Source: Nitrososphaerota archaeon
GTDB taxonomy: Archaea > Thermoproteota > Nitrososphaeria_A > Caldarchaeales > Wolframiiraptoraceae
Direction: 5' to 3'
Assembly (NCBI GenBank): GCA_021159365.1
Contig: JAGGRY010000036.1
Span: 63,861 to 87,860, forward strand
Length of the DNA: 24,000 nt
Every line of letters begins with the position of its first letter. Position 1 is the first letter of the stretch. Below the pieces are notes generated by a model. It made no database searches. It was not told the DNA's origin and worked only from the letters and a program-made list of their open reading frames with translations. Positions 23,169 to 24,000 of this stretch are shown here, one piece after another. Position numbers and translations under genes: made by a program.

Positions 23169-23573
23169 TTATGCGAATAGCTTCTTACATGTGCTTAGCA
23201 TAGATCCTTTGTAGTCGATCATGTCGAATACCTTATACGCCACTTCTTTGAATCCATTGGATTTTATGTCTTGTGGGTGGAAGACTGTTCTCAGGATTGT
23301 TGGATTGTAGTGCTCTAATGTGTCCATATAGTTTCTGTTAGCTGGTATTAAGAAGTATTCTCGCTCATTGATTCCCATCAGGTTTAGGAATTGATCAAGC
23401 CTCTCCACATATCCTTGGTTATAATTCCATGGATCTAGATCATGTATCTCGATGAAGCATTTTCCTTCCGCTCCTTCGGCACGCTCACCTATCATTATTC
23501 CATGAGAGTAGAATCCTACTGCGAATGCCGCCAAGCTCGTTAATCCCAGCTTAAGGACTTCCCTTCTCTTCAT
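23169..23573 (-). CDS. Small secreted/exported protein with a twin-arginine (Tat)-type signal peptide
   Basis: 134 aa. MKRREVLKLGLTSLAAFAVGF matches RRxFLK plus a hydrophobic core. I do not recognise the mature part. Confidence 0.6.
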   Translation of the reverse strand: MKRREVLKLGLTSLAAFAVGFYSHGIMIGERAEGAEGKCFIEIHDLDPWNYNQGYVERLDQFLNLMGINEREYFLIPANRNYMDTLEHYNPTILRTVFHPQDIKSNGFKEVAYKVFDMIDYKGSMLSTCKKLFA

Positions 23574-23661
23574 TACACTTATCTCGATCTTCTTAGGCTA
23601 AAAAGTAATACTTTTGCGTGGTGAGCCGTCACAAATAGATGTTCTTGAATCAAGTATTGTT

Positions 23662-23774
23662 CGCCGGGGGTGGGATTTGAACCCACGCGCCCCGCATGGG
23701 GCATCGGCTTACTCGATCTGACCAGCGGTTTATGATCTCGAGGCCGACCCTCTACCAGGCTAAGGCACCCCGGC
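23662..23774 (-). tRNA. tRNA-Ser (anticodon CGA) with a ~27-nt intron in the anticodon loop
   Basis: Minus strand: acceptor GCCGGGG/CCCCGGC; D arm CCTT-AGCCTGGTA-GAGG; anticodon stem TCGGC ... GCCGA; loop CTCGAG|intron|A; long variable arm TGCCCCATGCGGGGCGC; T arm GTGGG-TTCAAAT-CCCAC; discriminator G; no encoded CCA. 113 nt in total, about 86 nt after removing the intron (approximately 23710-23736, at or near canonical position 37/38). Confidence 0.85.
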
Positions 23775-23800
23775 GCCAATAATAGCATGGGTTCTTCAAG

Positions 23801-23808
23801 TATTAAAC
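23801..23808 (-). promoter_or_regulatory. TATA box (GTTTAATA on the minus strand) for tRNA-Ser
   Basis: Located 26 nt upstream of the tRNA 5' end at 23774. Confidence 0.45.
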
Positions 23809-24000
23809 TCCATCTCCATAAGCCATTACCTTGAAGACTTTTGGAATTTGAGAGAGTTAAAGAAGCCGCAGATCTGGTTATTCGGGTGATTCAGGGAAAG
23901 TCTGCGCCGTTGGGAAATATCCTGATTAAATATATAAATAATATGATAGGGATCAGGTGTTGATGAATCGACGTTTATTCAGAAAGCTGAGATATGCAAC

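Noticed and set aside
23579-23788. 69-aa minus-strand ORF
   Set aside because: It is read straight through the tRNA-Ser gene (23662-23774), so it is an artefact of the GC-rich tRNA sequence.
23894-23908. GGGAAAGTCTGCGCC, which resembles the RNase P RNA CR-I motif GAGGAAAGUCCGGGC
   Set aside because: The match is partial. The flanking sequence is AT-rich and lacks the other conserved regions and the helices expected of a ~300-nt RNase P RNA.
23963-24000. Possible leaderless gene start (ATG at 23963, MNRRLFRKLRYA...) with ATATAAAT 23 nt upstream
   Set aside because: Only 12 codons are visible before the window ends, which is too little to support a CDS call.
1-24000. CRISPR arrays, rRNA genes, IS elements or transposases
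   Set aside because: I found no regularly spaced direct repeats, no rRNA-like segments and no transposase-like ORFs on either strand.

Overview
This is a compact archaeal chromosomal segment. The gene content points to a TACK-type (Thermoproteota or Korarchaeota-like) archaeon: the archaea-specific GatD/GatE, CdvB/CdvC ESCRT division genes, archaeal HMG-CoA synthase with thiolase, and an intron-containing tRNA. I cannot name the organism from sequence alone.

Gene order:
- thiolase-like (partial, missing from the ORF track) and HMG-CoA synthase (-)
- Lrp/AsnC regulator (+)
- CdvC/Vps4 (+) converging on CdvB/ESCRT-III (-)
- a 358-bp non-coding gap
- a stand-alone NurA-like nuclease / HerA-like ATPase operon (-)
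- four mutually paralogous small winged-helix proteins: one divergent from nurA, three in a translationally coupled operon
- gatD-gatE (-), a class-I aminotransferase (+), a small SAM methyltransferase (-)
- two tandem paralogous Pol-beta-type nucleotidyltransferases (+)
- a Bud32/RIO-like kinase-fold protein with a large unknown N-terminal region (-)
- a TldD/PmbA-family protein (+), then tRNA-Thr(GGU) (+)
- a ~2.9-kb segment closed by a decayed copy of the tRNA-Thr 3' half; it carries a small hypothetical protein and a B12-binding-type radical SAM protein
- a 913-bp ORF-free stretch, a small Tat-signal protein (-), and an intron-containing tRNA-Ser(CGA) (-)

Expression signals are consistent across the window. 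First genes and tRNAs carry an A/T-rich TATA box 23-28 nt upstream of the start, implying leaderless or near-leaderless transcripts. Operon-internal genes carry GGAGGTGA-type Shine-Dalgarno sites and overlapping stop/start codons.

The best candidate for an undescribed system is the NurA/HerA-like pair wired to the four-member small winged-helix family at 4705-9115, about 360 bp from cdvB/cdvC. Secondary candidates are the tandem nucleotidyltransferase pair and the tRNA-Thr-bounded island. All functional calls rest on motif recognition by eye; no database search was possible.
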